From the NCBI GenBank assembly GCA_963850125.1, contig CAWKKB010000014.1, positions 97,284 through 161,283 of the forward strand: 64,000 bases of DNA, given 5' to 3'. Both the position numbers and the translations under genes were made by a program. This stretch comes from an uncultured delta proteobacterium (GTDB taxonomy: Bacteria > Desulfobacterota > Binatia > Binatales > Binataceae). Shown in pieces: positions 7,969-18,143 of this stretch (position 1 is the first letter of the stretch; each line of letters begins with the position of its first letter). The notes under the pieces are model-generated. The model searched no databases, was not told the DNA's origin, and worked only from the letters and a program-made list of their open reading frames with translations.

Positions 7969-9546
7969 TTATGCCGGTGCTTCGACCGGCAGCTTTGGAT
8001 TCCGCTCGGGCGGCAGATTGTCGTACAAGTCGGCGCGTAAATCGGACTTCAACTGCGCGTAAGCCGGATCGTCCCACAGATTGCGCCATTGCATCGGATC
8101 TTCGCGCAGGTTGTAGAGCTCGCCTTCGGTGCCGTCGTAGCGGATGTCGAAAATCGGACCGCGCGGCGCCATCATCGGGGGAATACCGGCCAGGTCGAAG
8201 CCGACGTCGCGGGTCGATTTCTCGTAAACGGTGAGCGTGTAGCCGTCGCGATAAATACTCCGCAGATGCATCCCGACCGCGGCGAACTGGCTGTCCCATT
8301 CGGTGATAACGCGTTCGCGGCCCGACCCGGGCGCCACCGGCAGCGGCTTGCCCTGCATCCAGTAGGGAACCGGGACGCTCGCGATTTGGCAAAACGTCGG
8401 CGCGAGATCGAGCTGCCCGACCGGCTCCGCGATTTCGCTGTGCACGATGTTGGCTGACGGCGCAGGCCGCCAGATCATAGGCAGTCGCATCAGCGCGTCG
8501 ACGTGATATGGGCCCTTGTAGAGCAAGCCGAAGTCGCCTTGCAGCTCGCCGTGATCGGTGGTGAAGAATATGTCGGTGCGCGATTCCCATCCGCGCTCGG
8601 CGACGCGCGCGAGCACGCGCCCGCATGCCTGGTCGATCAGTTCGTTCTCGACGTGGGTGAGTGCGTTGACTTCGCGAATCTGATCCTCGGTGAGCTGGCA
8701 CGGAACGAAACTCGCGGGGCCGCCCTCGAAATTGCCGAAGCGGCCCTGGTACCAGTCGAGCCAATGGCGCGGCTTGCCGGCGAGGATCTTTTCAATCTTC
8801 TCGCGCGAGCCTGGATAGCCCGCGGGCAGATCGAGATCGCGCCAATTGATCCGGCGCGCCTCGTCCTGCGGCGGATCCCACGGATGATGCGGGTCGGGGA
8901 AGCTCATCCACACGAACCAGTTGTCGTCGGCGCCGAGCGAATCGAGATACGCGATCGTGCGCGCGGCGACCCAGTCGGTGTGGTAATGCTCGCGCGGAAC
9001 CGGATTGTACTTCACTTCGGGCGCGCCGGTGTCACCGCCGGGGAGCGCGCTCAGAATCGGAGCGAAGCCGGCAATCTCGTCGGGATGATTCTTCTGCAGC
9101 CACAATGAATAGTGCCATCCGCCAACCGGCGTATGCATCGCGAGTTCCATCCGATCGAAGCCGCGATACGGCCCGGTTGAATCCTTGCGCGCCATCTGGT
9201 TCTCGAACCATCGCCCCTGCAAATCGAAAGCGGGCTCGAAATGCGCCTTGCCGAGCAGCGCAGTATGGTAGCCGGCCTTCTCGTGCAAGTACGCGGCGAC
9301 GCTCGGCGAGTCGGGGGGCAGCGCAACGCCGTTGGCGACGACGCCGTGAGTGCGCACGTACTGGCCGGTGATCATCGTCGATCGCGCCGGCATGCAGACC
9401 ACATTCTGATTGTGCGCACGGCGATAGTTGATTCCGCTGCTGGCCAGCCGATCGGCGACCGGAGTCTGAGCGATTTTGCCTCCGTTGCATCCGAGCGCGT
9501 CGTAGCGCTGCTGATCGGTGGTGATAAAGAGAATGTTGCGTCCCAT
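7969..9546 (-). CDS. Sulfatase (arylsulfatase family, formylglycine-dependent)
   Basis: MGRNILFITTDQQRYDALG and the C-x-P-x-R site VCMPARSTMITG. The length of 525 aa fits the family. Confidence 0.9.
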   Translation of the reverse strand: MGRNILFITTDQQRYDALGCNGGKIAQTPVADRLASSGINYRRAHNQNVVCMPARSTMITGQYVRTHGVVANGVALPPDSPSVAAYLHEKAGYHTALLGKAHFEPAFDLQGRWFENQMARKDSTGPYRGFDRMELAMHTPVGGWHYSLWLQKNHPDEIAGFAPILSALPGGDTGAPEVKYNPVPREHYHTDWVAARTIAYLDSLGADDNWFVWMSFPDPHHPWDPPQDEARRINWRDLDLPAGYPGSREKIEKILAGKPRHWLDWYQGRFGNFEGGPASFVPCQLTEDQIREVNALTHVENELIDQACGRVLARVAERGWESRTDIFFTTDHGELQGDFGLLYKGPYHVDALMRLPMIWRPAPSANIVHSEIAEPVGQLDLAPTFCQIASVPVPYWMQGKPLPVAPGSGRERVITEWDSQFAAVGMHLRSIYRDGYTLTVYEKSTRDVGFDLAGIPPMMAPRGPIFDIRYDGTEGELYNLREDPMQWRNLWDDPAYAQLKSDLRADLYDNLPPERNPKLPVEAPA

Positions 9547-9572
9547 TTCGGCTCCCCCTTTTCTACCGATGC

Positions 9573-9848
9573 TCAGTGCCGGCTGATCGACGCCGGGCCG
9601 TCGAGTCCAGCGTCGCCCGGATAGCCGAGCATTCGCATTCCGTAGCGGATCATCGCGGCCAGCTGCTCGACCCGCGTCAGCAGTTCGGCTTGCCTTTCGC
9701 GCGGCGCGTCTGCCAGTTCAGCAGCAACGACAGCGAGGTTCTCGCGCATCAGTTGCACCGCACGCTCGAGGTTTTCGCGCTCGGGGAAGCGCGCGCGAGC
9801 TTTGCGCCGCGCCTCCTGGATCTCGGCAAAATCGATTATCTCGGCCAT
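9573..9848 (-). CDS. Hypothetical small helical protein, 91 aa
   Basis: ORF in the same orientation as its neighbours, filling an intergenic gap. No motif recognised. Confidence 0.45.
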   Translation of the reverse strand: MAEIIDFAEIQEARRKARARFPERENLERAVQLMRENLAVVAAELADAPRERQAELLTRVEQLAAMIRYGMRMLGYPGDAGLDGPASISRH

Positions 9849-9904
9849 TTGCGCTTCACGTCTTCGCTGCGATTATCGCGCATCGGGGTCGCGCGTGGAA
9901 ACTG

Positions 9905-10672
9905 CTATCTTAATTTCTTCCCTGCCCGGCGTTTCTCCGCGAGCGTGCGATGCCCCCCGTCGGCAACCCATCGTATCTGCCGCGCCATCCCGTTGAGAAT
10001 CTCGACCTCGCGCGCAGTCAAGCCGCTCCGCCCGAAAATCTCGCGGATCGCCAGCATGATATGGTCCGGGTTGTCGTCGGGAATAAACCCGATCGCAATC
10101 AGCGCCTCCGCGAGACGCTCGAGCATCGGATCGCTGATCGAGGCGGCAACAAACTCAGGCGTACCGGTGGCCTGGACCGCCCGATTTGCGGCCATCATCA
10201 ATTCGTACGCGACGACCATCACGGCCTGCGCCAGGTTGAGCGACGAGTATTCGGGCGCGGTGGGGATTGTGACTAACCGATGACAGAGTTTGAGCTCGCG
10301 ATTGGTCAGCCCGCGATCTTCGCGGCCGAAAACGATCGCGATTTTATTCGAGTCCGCCAGCGCGTCGAGTTCCGCCGCAGCCGGCCGCAGCGAAGTCGCG
10401 CGGCTGCGATATCCGCCGCGGCGGCTGGTGGTGCCGACAGCGATCGAGCAATCCGCAAGCGCAGCCGCCAGATCGGGATAGACGGTCGCGTTCGCAAGGA
10501 GGTCGTCGGCATGCACCGCCATTTTCACAGCTTCGCGATCGTTCAAAGGACCGCGTCCGACCAGCCGAAGATCGTCGAAGCCCATGTTCTTGAGCGCTCG
10601 CGCCGCCGCGCCGATATTGCCGGCCGACTGCGGCCGGTAGAGCACGAACGCAAATTTCGCCGCCGACGCCAT
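9905..10672 (-). CDS. trmJ: tRNA (cytidine/uridine-2'-O)-methyltransferase TrmJ (SpoU/TrmH class)
   Basis: From the internal Met (CAT 10670-10672): MASAAKFAFVLYRPQSAGNIGAAARALKNMGF...IAIVFGREDRGLTN...IPT.PEYSSLNLAQAV. The upstream part of track ORF 9905..11131 is antisense to the next gene. Confidence 0.85.
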   Translation of the reverse strand: MASAAKFAFVLYRPQSAGNIGAAARALKNMGFDDLRLVGRGPLNDREAVKMAVHADDLLANATVYPDLAAALADCSIAVGTTSRRGGYRSRATSLRPAAAELDALADSNKIAIVFGREDRGLTNRELKLCHRLVTIPTAPEYSSLNLAQAVMVVAYELMMAANRAVQATGTPEFVAASISDPMLERLAEALIAIGFIPDDNPDHIMLAIREIFGRSGLTAREVEILNGMARQIRWVADGGHRTLAEKRRAGKKLR

Positions 10673-10720
10673 CCTCTGGTTATGCGGTTCCAGTAGTCGC
10701 AAGGGAAGAGATGTCTTTCT

Positions 10721-10792
10721 TTTCACTAAGCTGCAGGGGTTACCCCTGCCGAAGGAAGTATGAAACCCACCGCGGGTTTCATTAGAATAAAG
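10721..10792 (+). repeat. Family A two-hairpin intergenic repeat
   Basis: gcaggggTTAcccctgc, spacer cgaaggaagt, then atgaaacccACCGCgggtttcat. The closing pair is G-C in copy 2 and A-T here. The element ends 8 nt before ATG 10800. Confidence 0.7.
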
Positions 10793-10799
10793 CGAACTC

Positions 10800-11462
10800 A
10801 TGAAAATAATTTCCTTTGGCGATGTGCACATGGCGACGCGCAATCTCGATCGAATGGGCGAGGTGATGCGCGATTGCGACCTGGTGATCCTGTCCGGCGA
10901 TCTCACTAACTTCGGAGGCGTCGACGACGCGCGCAAAGTGATCACCGACGTTCGGCGCGCGTGTCCTGCCGTGCTTGCGCTGCCGGGAAATCTCGACCAG
11001 CGCGAGGTGATCCCTTTTCTCGAAGCCGATGGAATCGCGCTGCACGGCAAGGGTCTGGTGACGGGCGGCGTCGGCATCTTCGGATGCGGCGGGTCGAACA
11101 TCTCGCCATTTGGTACGCCCACCGAGTTCACCGAGGACGAAATCTACGCGACGCTGCGCGCCGGCTACGACTTCGTGCGCGACGTGCGTCCGCTCCTGAT
11201 GATCTGTCATCCTCCGCCGTTCGACACGAAATGCGATCGAATCCTCAGCGGCAAGCCGGTCGGCAGCACCGCCGCGCGCCGGTTTATCGAAGAGGTGAAG
11301 CCCGACGTTTGCATCTCGGGCCACATCCACGAATCCGCCGGCGTCGATTCAATCGGTCCGACGCAGATTTTCAACGCGGGCCCCTTCAAGGGCGGCGGCT
11401 ATATAGTTGTACGCACGATTGACGGCGGCGAGCGCCTGGACGCGAGGCTCGAATTTCTTTGA
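10800..11462 (+). CDS. Metallophosphoesterase (calcineurin-like)
   Basis: MKIISFGDVHM...LVILSGDLTNFG...CHPPP...SGHIHES matches the phosphoesterase motifs D-x-H, GD, GNH-like and GH-x-H. Confidence 0.85.
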   Translation: MKIISFGDVHMATRNLDRMGEVMRDCDLVILSGDLTNFGGVDDARKVITDVRRACPAVLALPGNLDQREVIPFLEADGIALHGKGLVTGGVGIFGCGGSNISPFGTPTEFTEDEIYATLRAGYDFVRDVRPLLMICHPPPFDTKCDRILSGKPVGSTAARRFIEEVKPDVCISGHIHESAGVDSIGPTQIFNAGPFKGGGYIVVRTIDGGERLDARLEFL

Positions 11463-11625
11463 CGTGCCGGCATTGTCGCGCGTTGATCAATCGCTTCGGA
11501 TGTACGCCGGAAAAATCGCCAACGGATGGCCGCTGGTGCTGCGCAATTCATTCCGGCTACTGTGGCGCTTCCGGCCCGGACGCGCCGCAAAATAAGGCGC
11601 ACATTTTTGTCGAAGGGAGATTCGC

Positions 11626-12507
11626 TTGAGCATCACTGCGACTGACGATGTCCGTTTGAAATTCGATCACGTTTCGATCGCGGTGAAGTCGATCGACCGC
11701 GCCTACGATTTCTTCGCCAAATATTTTCCGATCAAGTTGCGCAGCGCCAAATCGCTCGACGAGCAGGTCAGCGGATCGTTCTACTGGCAGGATTTTCACC
11801 TCGGCGGTTTCGTCGTCGAGTTGATCGAAGACCCGGCCGGCAAGCCCGGCTTCGTCACCAAATTCATCGAGCGGCACGGCGAAGGGATGCATCATTTGTC
11901 GGTCGAGACCGACGGTCTCGACCGACTGGTTGCGAATCTGAAGGCCGGCGGAGTGCGGGTGGTCGACGAGCAGAAGTACGACTCGGGCTCCGCGACCGCG
12001 TTCATCTCGCCGCGATCCGCCTTCGGCGCGCTGATTCAGTTCTGGCACACGCCGAATTGGGAACAGACGCATCCCAAGCCGGCGCCCGACGGCCTGGCGT
12101 ATTTCGATCACGTCTCGCTCGCGGTCAAGGACATCGCCGCGGCCTACAATTTTTTTACGCGCTACTTTCCCGGCACGAAAATCAGCCACGAGATTCACAC
12201 CAGCAATTCCGAGGGCAACTTCTCACTCGGCCATCTCGAGGTCGCTGGCTTCAAGCTCGAGTTCATTCAGAGCCCGCCGCACCAGACCGACAACGACTTT
12301 GTCGGCAAGTTTATCGCGCGCTACGGCGAGGGGATGCATCACGTTTCGATCGACCTCAAGGATTTCGACGAGACGCGCGAGAAGCTCAAGCGCGACGGCA
12401 TCCGCGTGGTGGACGAAAAGCGCAACTGGCGCGGCGAGCGTCAGTATTTCATCTCACCGCAATCAGCCTTCGGCATCCTGATCCAAATCTGGGACGGCTT
12501 GCAGTAA
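11626..12507 (+). CDS. Two-domain VOC (glyoxalase/dioxygenase) superfamily protein
   Basis: Internal duplication: FDHVSIAVKSIDRAYDFF...HGEGMHHLSVE and FDHVSLAVKDIAAAYNFF...YGEGMHHVSID. TTG start preceded by gaaggga. Confidence 0.8.
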   Translation: MSITATDDVRLKFDHVSIAVKSIDRAYDFFAKYFPIKLRSAKSLDEQVSGSFYWQDFHLGGFVVELIEDPAGKPGFVTKFIERHGEGMHHLSVETDGLDRLVANLKAGGVRVVDEQKYDSGSATAFISPRSAFGALIQFWHTPNWEQTHPKPAPDGLAYFDHVSLAVKDIAAAYNFFTRYFPGTKISHEIHTSNSEGNFSLGHLEVAGFKLEFIQSPPHQTDNDFVGKFIARYGEGMHHVSIDLKDFDETREKLKRDGIRVVDEKRNWRGERQYFISPQSAFGILIQIWDGLQ

Positions 12508-12548
12508 GTTCCCCCCAATCCTTCAATCATCTATATTTTAATTTCGCG

Positions 12549-12707
12549 ATGACTTCCGACGACCAAGACGCCCCGCGCGATACCTCGCGCGTCGAACCAC
12601 CCAAGATTTATCTCGCTGCGTGCGGCGTTCTGTGCGATATCTTCTGGTGGGCGCGCCGCAATCCTCCCACAGAAGAGCCGGTGCCGGTGAAAGACGAAAC
12701 TTCCTGA
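12549..12707 (+). CDS. Possible small protein, 52 aa
   Basis: ATG 12549 gives MTSDDQDAPRDTSRVEPPKIYLAACGVLCDIFWWARRNPPTEEPVPVKDETS. It fills the gap before the HAD gene. Support is weak. Confidence 0.25.
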   Translation: MTSDDQDAPRDTSRVEPPKIYLAACGVLCDIFWWARRNPPTEEPVPVKDETS

Positions 12708-12720
12708 CGGTTCGGATTTC

Positions 12721-13446
12721 TTGATCACCGCCGTATTTTTCGACGCTGCTGGGACGCTGTTCGAGCCGCGCGAGCCAATCGGACGCACCTACACGCGCCT
12801 CGCGCGGGATTTCGGCCTCGACGCCTCTGAGGAGGCCGTCGCCGCCAGCTTTCGCCGCGCTTTCGGTGACGCTCCCGGCCTGGCCTTCGGCCTCGGGCTG
12901 CGGCATGACGAGATTCGGCACCTTGAGCGGCAATGGTGGCGGGAGCGGGTCGGCGAGACGTTCGCGCCGCTCGGCAAATTTCCCAATTTCGACGCCTACT
13001 TCGATGCCCTTTTTTCGTACTTCGCCAATCCTGACCACTGGATCGGCGACCTTGAAGCTGCGCCGATGCTACAACGTCTAAAAGACGATGGACTCAAACT
13101 GGGCGTGATCTCCAACTTCGACTATCGCCTGTATCGAATTCTCGACGGCCTCGATCTGACCCGTTATTTCGATTCGATCACGATTTCCTCCGAGGCCGGC
13201 TATGCCAAGCCGCGGCGCGAGGTTTACGAGGCTGCGCTTGCGCGCGCCGGCGGGACAGTGCGCGAGGCGATGCACGTCGGCGACTCGGAGCATCTCGACT
13301 TCGCGCCGGCGGCGGCGCTTGGCATGGGCGCCGTGCTTATCGATCGCGGGAACCATGATGCGCGGCCCTCGATTGCGGGCCGCACTGCCCGAATTTGCTC
13401 GCTTGCCAGCGTCCCGGAGGTTGCGCAAGTATTCGATCTCGCTTGA
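12721..13446 (+). CDS. HAD-superfamily hydrolase (subfamily IA)
   Basis: VFFDAAGTLFEP (DxxGT-type motif I region), VISNFD, and HVGDSEHLD (motif IV). Confidence 0.85.
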   Translation: MITAVFFDAAGTLFEPREPIGRTYTRLARDFGLDASEEAVAASFRRAFGDAPGLAFGLGLRHDEIRHLERQWWRERVGETFAPLGKFPNFDAYFDALFSYFANPDHWIGDLEAAPMLQRLKDDGLKLGVISNFDYRLYRILDGLDLTRYFDSITISSEAGYAKPRREVYEAALARAGGTVREAMHVGDSEHLDFAPAAALGMGAVLIDRGNHDARPSIAGRTARICSLASVPEVAQVFDLA

Positions 13447-13514
13447 CGTTATCGCCGCGTTATCCTTAGTTAAGGCCACAATTTCCCGGGGAACAGTATT
13501 TGGGGATTAGACAA

Positions 13515-15908
13515 ATGAACCGTCCGCTTTTTTCGCATCGCCTGACGGTGATGTTAGCCACTTTTTTCACGCTCGCTTTCACCGCCAGCATCGCTGCGGC
13601 GCAAAGCGCCGGACAGCTCGAGAGCGAGCTTTCGAGCGTCTCCGGCCAAATGTCGTCCGCCGAGAGCGACGAATCGACCGCCGACCAGGTGATAGGCCGC
13701 CTCGATTCTGCCGAGGCTGACTTCGCCAAGCTCACATCGAGCGGCAAGGTGGACAAGGGCTCGCTGATACCGATCTTTCATCAGCTCGAGGAGATGCTCG
13801 ATCGGATGCAGACAGCGTGGTCGAAGAAGAAAGACGATTGCATCGCCACGATCGACAATGGTGGGCAATGCGACTACGACAAGCCTGAGCAGTATGCGTT
13901 GCGCGCCGCCTATCCTCTCGCCTGGCTGCGGTTCACCGCGGCGACCACGCTGTTCGACGACAATGCCGAGCAATCGAAAAAATTGCTGAACGAGTCGATC
14001 GACGGCTTCACCGCCAGCATGCTCGCGATGCCCGATCCCAACCTGATCCGCGAAAATACTCTCGGCCGCGCGTATTGCGAGCGCGAGTTGGGCAAGTTCG
14101 ATCACAAGGAATACGACAACGCGATCGCCGACTTCAAGAAAATCATCGACGATGGCTCCGGCACCCAGCAATACGCTGCGGCACGCCAGGGACTCTCGAC
14201 CACTTACGCTAAGATGGGCAACGCGGAAGAGGCTGCCAAGACGATGCCAAGTGAGCCAGGCTCGCACGGCTCGGGGCAGTTCATGCTCCAGTTGCAGACG
14301 CTGTTCAGTGCCGAGCGTGCCACCAGCGATCCCTCCAAGAAGGCCGCCTATCACAAGCAGATCATCGACCTGATGGAGTCCAAGCAGAACGACAAGGAGG
14401 GATGGGCCGTCGACGTCGCAGCGGGGTCCAAGTTCCCGAGCAACGCCGTCGAGGAATTCGGCAACACGAGCGATCCTTTTGAGAAGTGGCTACTCGCCGC
14501 GGTTCTGCTCTCGCGTAAAGACGAGGCCGGCGCTGCGAAGTACTATGCGGAGGCGTGCGACAGCGGAAAATATCCCAAGGCTTGCCGGTTCGCCGCCGAT
14601 ATCTATCAGCGCGAGAAACGCTACGATCTGGTTCAGGCGATGCTCGACAAGATCGCACATCAAGGCGGCGGCGACGCTGCTCAAGCCATCTTTTTGGAGT
14701 ACAGCCTCGATCACGATCGATGGGAGAAGGGCGGGCAGAAAGATACGGCGCTCGAAGATAAGTGGGTGAAGGACGCCGAGGAATACCTGCAGAAGAGTCC
14801 AGGCGGTGACCATGCTGCCGAGTTGCAAGTGGCTCTGGCCGACCGCAAGCAGCGGCAGGGCGATCTCGCCGGAGCCGCCGACTTGTATTCCAAGGTTAAG
14901 GGCGATCCCGAATTCACCTTCACCGCCAAATTCAAAGCCGCTGAATGCTACTACAAGCTGCTGGTGGGCGCGGGCGCGAAGGATAACAAGGGACCCAAGA
15001 TCGATACTGATCAGCTCAGAAAACTGGCGCTCGCGGACCTGAACGAATCAATCAAGATGGGTCCAGAGGCGGAGCGTACCGCTAATACTTCGGCTGCCAA
15101 AAAGTCGATTCGCGAGATTCGCGGTGAAGCGACTTACATGCTCGCTTCGATCCTCGAAGAAGATCAGGATCACGTCGACTACGCGCAGGTCGCGCCGTTG
15201 CTGGTCGGCTACGAACAGAACTATCCGATGATGAGCGCGAAGTTCCAGGACGTAATCGATTGGCGCATCACTGCGCTCGATCATCTGGGCAGATACGACG
15301 AAGTTCAGCGCGATGTTGCCGCGATAGCCGAGCGCAGCACGAGCGACACATCCAAACAGGATTTCGTCAAGGGACTTGGAATCGAGTTCTGGAAGACCGC
15401 GCAGGCGGCCAAGGACGACAACAACCAGAAAGCATACAAAGCCAATGCGCAATTGGCCGCGACTGCGTACAAGCCTTTCTGGGATATGGCATCGTCCGGC
15501 AAGATTCCGGTCAAGAATTTGACCGGTACGCTGTCGATCTATGCGCAGGCTCTTCAGGTTAGCGGACAGGACGAGGAGGCGGGGAAGGTCTTCCAGGCAG
15601 TGGTAAAGGCCGACCCGGGATCGCCCGATGCGAACGCAGGTCTGGCTCGAAGGGCGGAGGAGAAGGGCGACTGGAAGGATGCGAACGAGCGCTGGACCGC
15701 GGTCGAGAATACCGCTGCCGAGTCCGACCCTCTGTGGTACGAAGCGAAGTACCAACTTGCGGTGGTTTACGAGAAGCAGGGCAACGTGCAGGGCGCATGC
15801 AGCAAGCTGGCGCAAACGCGCGCCGAGCATCCTACGCTTGGCTCTGACGATATGAAGGTCAGATGGGACAAGCTGCAACGCTCGCTATGCCTCGATCATC
15901 ATCAATAG
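13515..15908 (+). CDS. Large secreted all-helical TPR-like protein
   Basis: Signal peptide MNRPLFSHRLTVMLATFFTLAFTASIAAAQS, followed by about 770 aa of helical-repeat character. No enzymatic motif. The track start 13500 is a TTG; ATG 13515 is preferred. Confidence 0.7.
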   Translation: MNRPLFSHRLTVMLATFFTLAFTASIAAAQSAGQLESELSSVSGQMSSAESDESTADQVIGRLDSAEADFAKLTSSGKVDKGSLIPIFHQLEEMLDRMQTAWSKKKDDCIATIDNGGQCDYDKPEQYALRAAYPLAWLRFTAATTLFDDNAEQSKKLLNESIDGFTASMLAMPDPNLIRENTLGRAYCERELGKFDHKEYDNAIADFKKIIDDGSGTQQYAAARQGLSTTYAKMGNAEEAAKTMPSEPGSHGSGQFMLQLQTLFSAERATSDPSKKAAYHKQIIDLMESKQNDKEGWAVDVAAGSKFPSNAVEEFGNTSDPFEKWLLAAVLLSRKDEAGAAKYYAEACDSGKYPKACRFAADIYQREKRYDLVQAMLDKIAHQGGGDAAQAIFLEYSLDHDRWEKGGQKDTALEDKWVKDAEEYLQKSPGGDHAAELQVALADRKQRQGDLAGAADLYSKVKGDPEFTFTAKFKAAECYYKLLVGAGAKDNKGPKIDTDQLRKLALADLNESIKMGPEAERTANTSAAKKSIREIRGEATYMLASILEEDQDHVDYAQVAPLLVGYEQNYPMMSAKFQDVIDWRITALDHLGRYDEVQRDVAAIAERSTSDTSKQDFVKGLGIEFWKTAQAAKDDNNQKAYKANAQLAATAYKPFWDMASSGKIPVKNLTGTLSIYAQALQVSGQDEEAGKVFQAVVKADPGSPDANAGLARRAEEKGDWKDANERWTAVENTAAESDPLWYEAKYQLAVVYEKQGNVQGACSKLAQTRAEHPTLGSDDMKVRWDKLQRSLCLDHHQ

Positions 15909-15915
15909 CGCGGCG

Positions 15916-16320
15916 ATGCTGAAAAAGATTCATCATGTCGGCGTCGTGGTGCCCAACCTCGACGCTGGCTTGAGATTCTGGCGCGACACGCTCGGATTTC
16001 ATTTCACGAAGAGCGCGACGATTGAAGAGCAGGGTGTCCGCGCCGCACTGCTCAAGGCTGGAGAGAGCGAGATCGAACTGCTCGAACCGCTCGACGCCAA
16101 CAACGCGGTCGGCAAATTCCTCGCGCGCCGCGGCGGCGGATTGCATCACGTATGCTTCGAGACTGACGACGTCGACCGCGAGCTCGAAGCGGCAGGCGCC
16201 AAGGGAATCCAGCTAATCGATCACAAGCCGCGCCACGGCCTGGCGGGCATGATCTGCTTCCTGCATCCCAAGGCTACCCGCGGCGTCCTGGTCGAATTCG
16301 CGCAACCAGTCGCCGAGTAG
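15916..16320 (+). CDS. mce: Methylmalonyl-CoA epimerase
   Basis: MLKKIHHVGVVVPNLDAGLRFW...IELLEP......VGKFLARRGGGLHHVCFETDD...LVEF matches the typical 134-aa epimerase pattern. Confidence 0.9.
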   Translation: MLKKIHHVGVVVPNLDAGLRFWRDTLGFHFTKSATIEEQGVRAALLKAGESEIELLEPLDANNAVGKFLARRGGGLHHVCFETDDVDRELEAAGAKGIQLIDHKPRHGLAGMICFLHPKATRGVLVEFAQPVAE

Positions 16321-16330
16321 AAAGAACGGC

Positions 16331-16585
16331 ATGCCAATCTACGAATACCGATGCGCCAGCTGCGACCGTTCGTTCGAGGCGTTCGTCCGCTCCGGCGACA
16401 GCGGCGCGCAATGCCCGCATTGCCACGGCTCCAAGCTGACCCGCGAAATGTCGACATTCGCGGCCCGCGCCAGCAACGGCGACAGTGCCGCCGCAGCCGC
16501 ACCCGCGATGGCAAATTCCGGCACGTCGAACGGCGGCAGTTTCACAGGCGGCGGATGCTGCGGTGGCGGCTGCGGCTGCCATTAA
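16331..16585 (+). CDS. FmdB-family zinc-ribbon protein (CxxC_CxxC_SSSS) with Cys/Gly tail
   Basis: MPIYEYRCASCDRSFE...CPHCHGSKLTREMS is the family signature. The C-terminus is GGSFTGGGCCGGGCGCH. Confidence 0.85.
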   Translation: MPIYEYRCASCDRSFEAFVRSGDSGAQCPHCHGSKLTREMSTFAARASNGDSAAAAAPAMANSGTSNGGSFTGGGCCGGGCGCH

Positions 16586-16615
16586 TTCTTATTCGCCAAT
16601 GATCGACGTCGCGAA

Positions 16616-17320
16616 CTATCCGGGTAGGCGCACACTTCTAACCAGCTGCTCAGTGACTTGCTCGACAATCCATCGAGGTTTCCATTTGCCGCCTGCTCGA
16701 TACCAGTTGGCGACGGTAAACGCTGCGCGCAAGATCACGAAGGTCATGAGTTTCGGATCGCCCGCGACGAAAATTCCCTGGTCGATTCCCCTGCGCAGGA
16801 TATTTTCGAACATCTGTTCGTAACGCCTGCCCAAGGTTCGAATGCGCTTGCGATTCTCCGGGCTGAGCGACACGGGGTCCGCCAGTACCGGCTCGTAACG
16901 TTCGCCCTCGTCGAAGGTTCTGGCGATCACGAGTGAGATCGCCTTGCGCAGGGCCAACTCCGGATCTTTGGCGGCTGCAGGCGCGATCGCCGTTAGTCTT
17001 TCAATCAGCCGGCTTACCGCGTCAGTTCGGATCTCGGTGAAGATTTCCTCCTTGCTGCGGAAATAGTGGTAGATGTGCCCTTTGGCCAATCCGCACTCGT
17101 GCGCGATCTGGTCCATGTTGGTCGCGTCGTAACCGCCATGCGCAAACGCGCGCGCCGCACCCATCAGGATTTCGCGGCGGCGCTCCTTGGCCTTGGCGAC
17201 ATCCCGAATACGATACCCGCGGACGCCAACCGCCGCAGACGGGACAGGTTTGAGTTTTGATTGGTCGGACGCCATTGCTTTCAGTACCCTCGTTTCTTCT
17301 CTCTTGACTAGACTGCTCAT
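16616..17320 (-). CDS. TetR/AcrR-family transcriptional regulator
   Basis: The HTH region RRREILMGAARAFAHGGYDATNMDQIAHECGLAKGHIYHYFRSKEEIF is classic TetR_N. It is divergent from the SDR/MFS pair. Confidence 0.9.
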   Translation of the reverse strand: MSSLVKREETRVLKAMASDQSKLKPVPSAAVGVRGYRIRDVAKAKERRREILMGAARAFAHGGYDATNMDQIAHECGLAKGHIYHYFRSKEEIFTEIRTDAVSRLIERLTAIAPAAAKDPELALRKAISLVIARTFDEGERYEPVLADPVSLSPENRKRIRTLGRRYEQMFENILRRGIDQGIFVAGDPKLMTFVILRAAFTVANWYRAGGKWKPRWIVEQVTEQLVRSVRLPG

Positions 17321-17366
17321 TTTAGAATATCCGTTTTAAGAGCCTGAAGGCAACGGAGTATAAGCC

Positions 17367-18143
17367 ATGGATCGAACGTATGTCGTCACTGGTGCCGCGT
17401 CCGGCATCGGAGCAGCAACCGCGCGTTGTCTTCGGGAGCGAGGAGGGCGGGTCATTGCCTGCGACCTTCACGATGCGGACGTGATCGCGGATCTGACGAA
17501 CAGCAAAGGACGTGCGGACTTGGTCGACGGCGTGACCCGCCTCTCCGGCGGAAGGATCGACGGGATCGTTGCAAATGCCGGCGGCGGTCCAGCGGAGACT
17601 ATGCTCTCGCTGAATTTCTTTGGCGCGGTGGCGACGCTCGAAGGGTTGCGCCCACTCTTGAAGACCAGTCCCGCGCCGCGCGCCGTGATGGTGTCCTCGG
17701 TAGCCTCGATGAGCCCGCCCGATCCACGAATCCTTGAAGCTTGTCTGAATATGGATGAGCCTGCGGCAACCGCCGTCGCGAGCGACGCGATCGCAGCGGG
17801 AAAGAGTCCCTTGGATCTCTACGGCAACGCCAAGTATGCATTGAACTGTTGGTGCCGAAGAGTCGCGGGTAAACCGGATTGGGCCGGCGACGGAATCCCG
17901 TTGAATGTGGTTGCACCAGGATTTATCGACACGCCCGCTGCAGCCTATATCCTGTCGGATCCCGAAAGGAGGGCGGTGGCGGGGCAGATGGTACCGTTGC
18001 GCGGCGCGTATCCAGGTCGTCCTGAGCAGATGGCCGCTATGCTTACATGGTGCGTCAGCCCGGAGAATTCTCTGATGACGGGACAGATCCTCTTTGTAGA
18101 TGGTGGCCTTGAATGCTCGGCGCGCGGAGAACGTTCGTGGTGA
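17367..18143 (+). CDS. SDR-family oxidoreductase (3-alpha-hydroxysteroid dehydrogenase-like)
   Basis: VVTGAASGIGAATA Rossmann motif, NAGGG, and YGNAKYAL (YxxxK). Confidence 0.9.
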   Translation: MDRTYVVTGAASGIGAATARCLRERGGRVIACDLHDADVIADLTNSKGRADLVDGVTRLSGGRIDGIVANAGGGPAETMLSLNFFGAVATLEGLRPLLKTSPAPRAVMVSSVASMSPPDPRILEACLNMDEPAATAVASDAIAAGKSPLDLYGNAKYALNCWCRRVAGKPDWAGDGIPLNVVAPGFIDTPAAAYILSDPERRAVAGQMVPLRGAYPGRPEQMAAMLTWCVSPENSLMTGQILFVDGGLECSARGERSW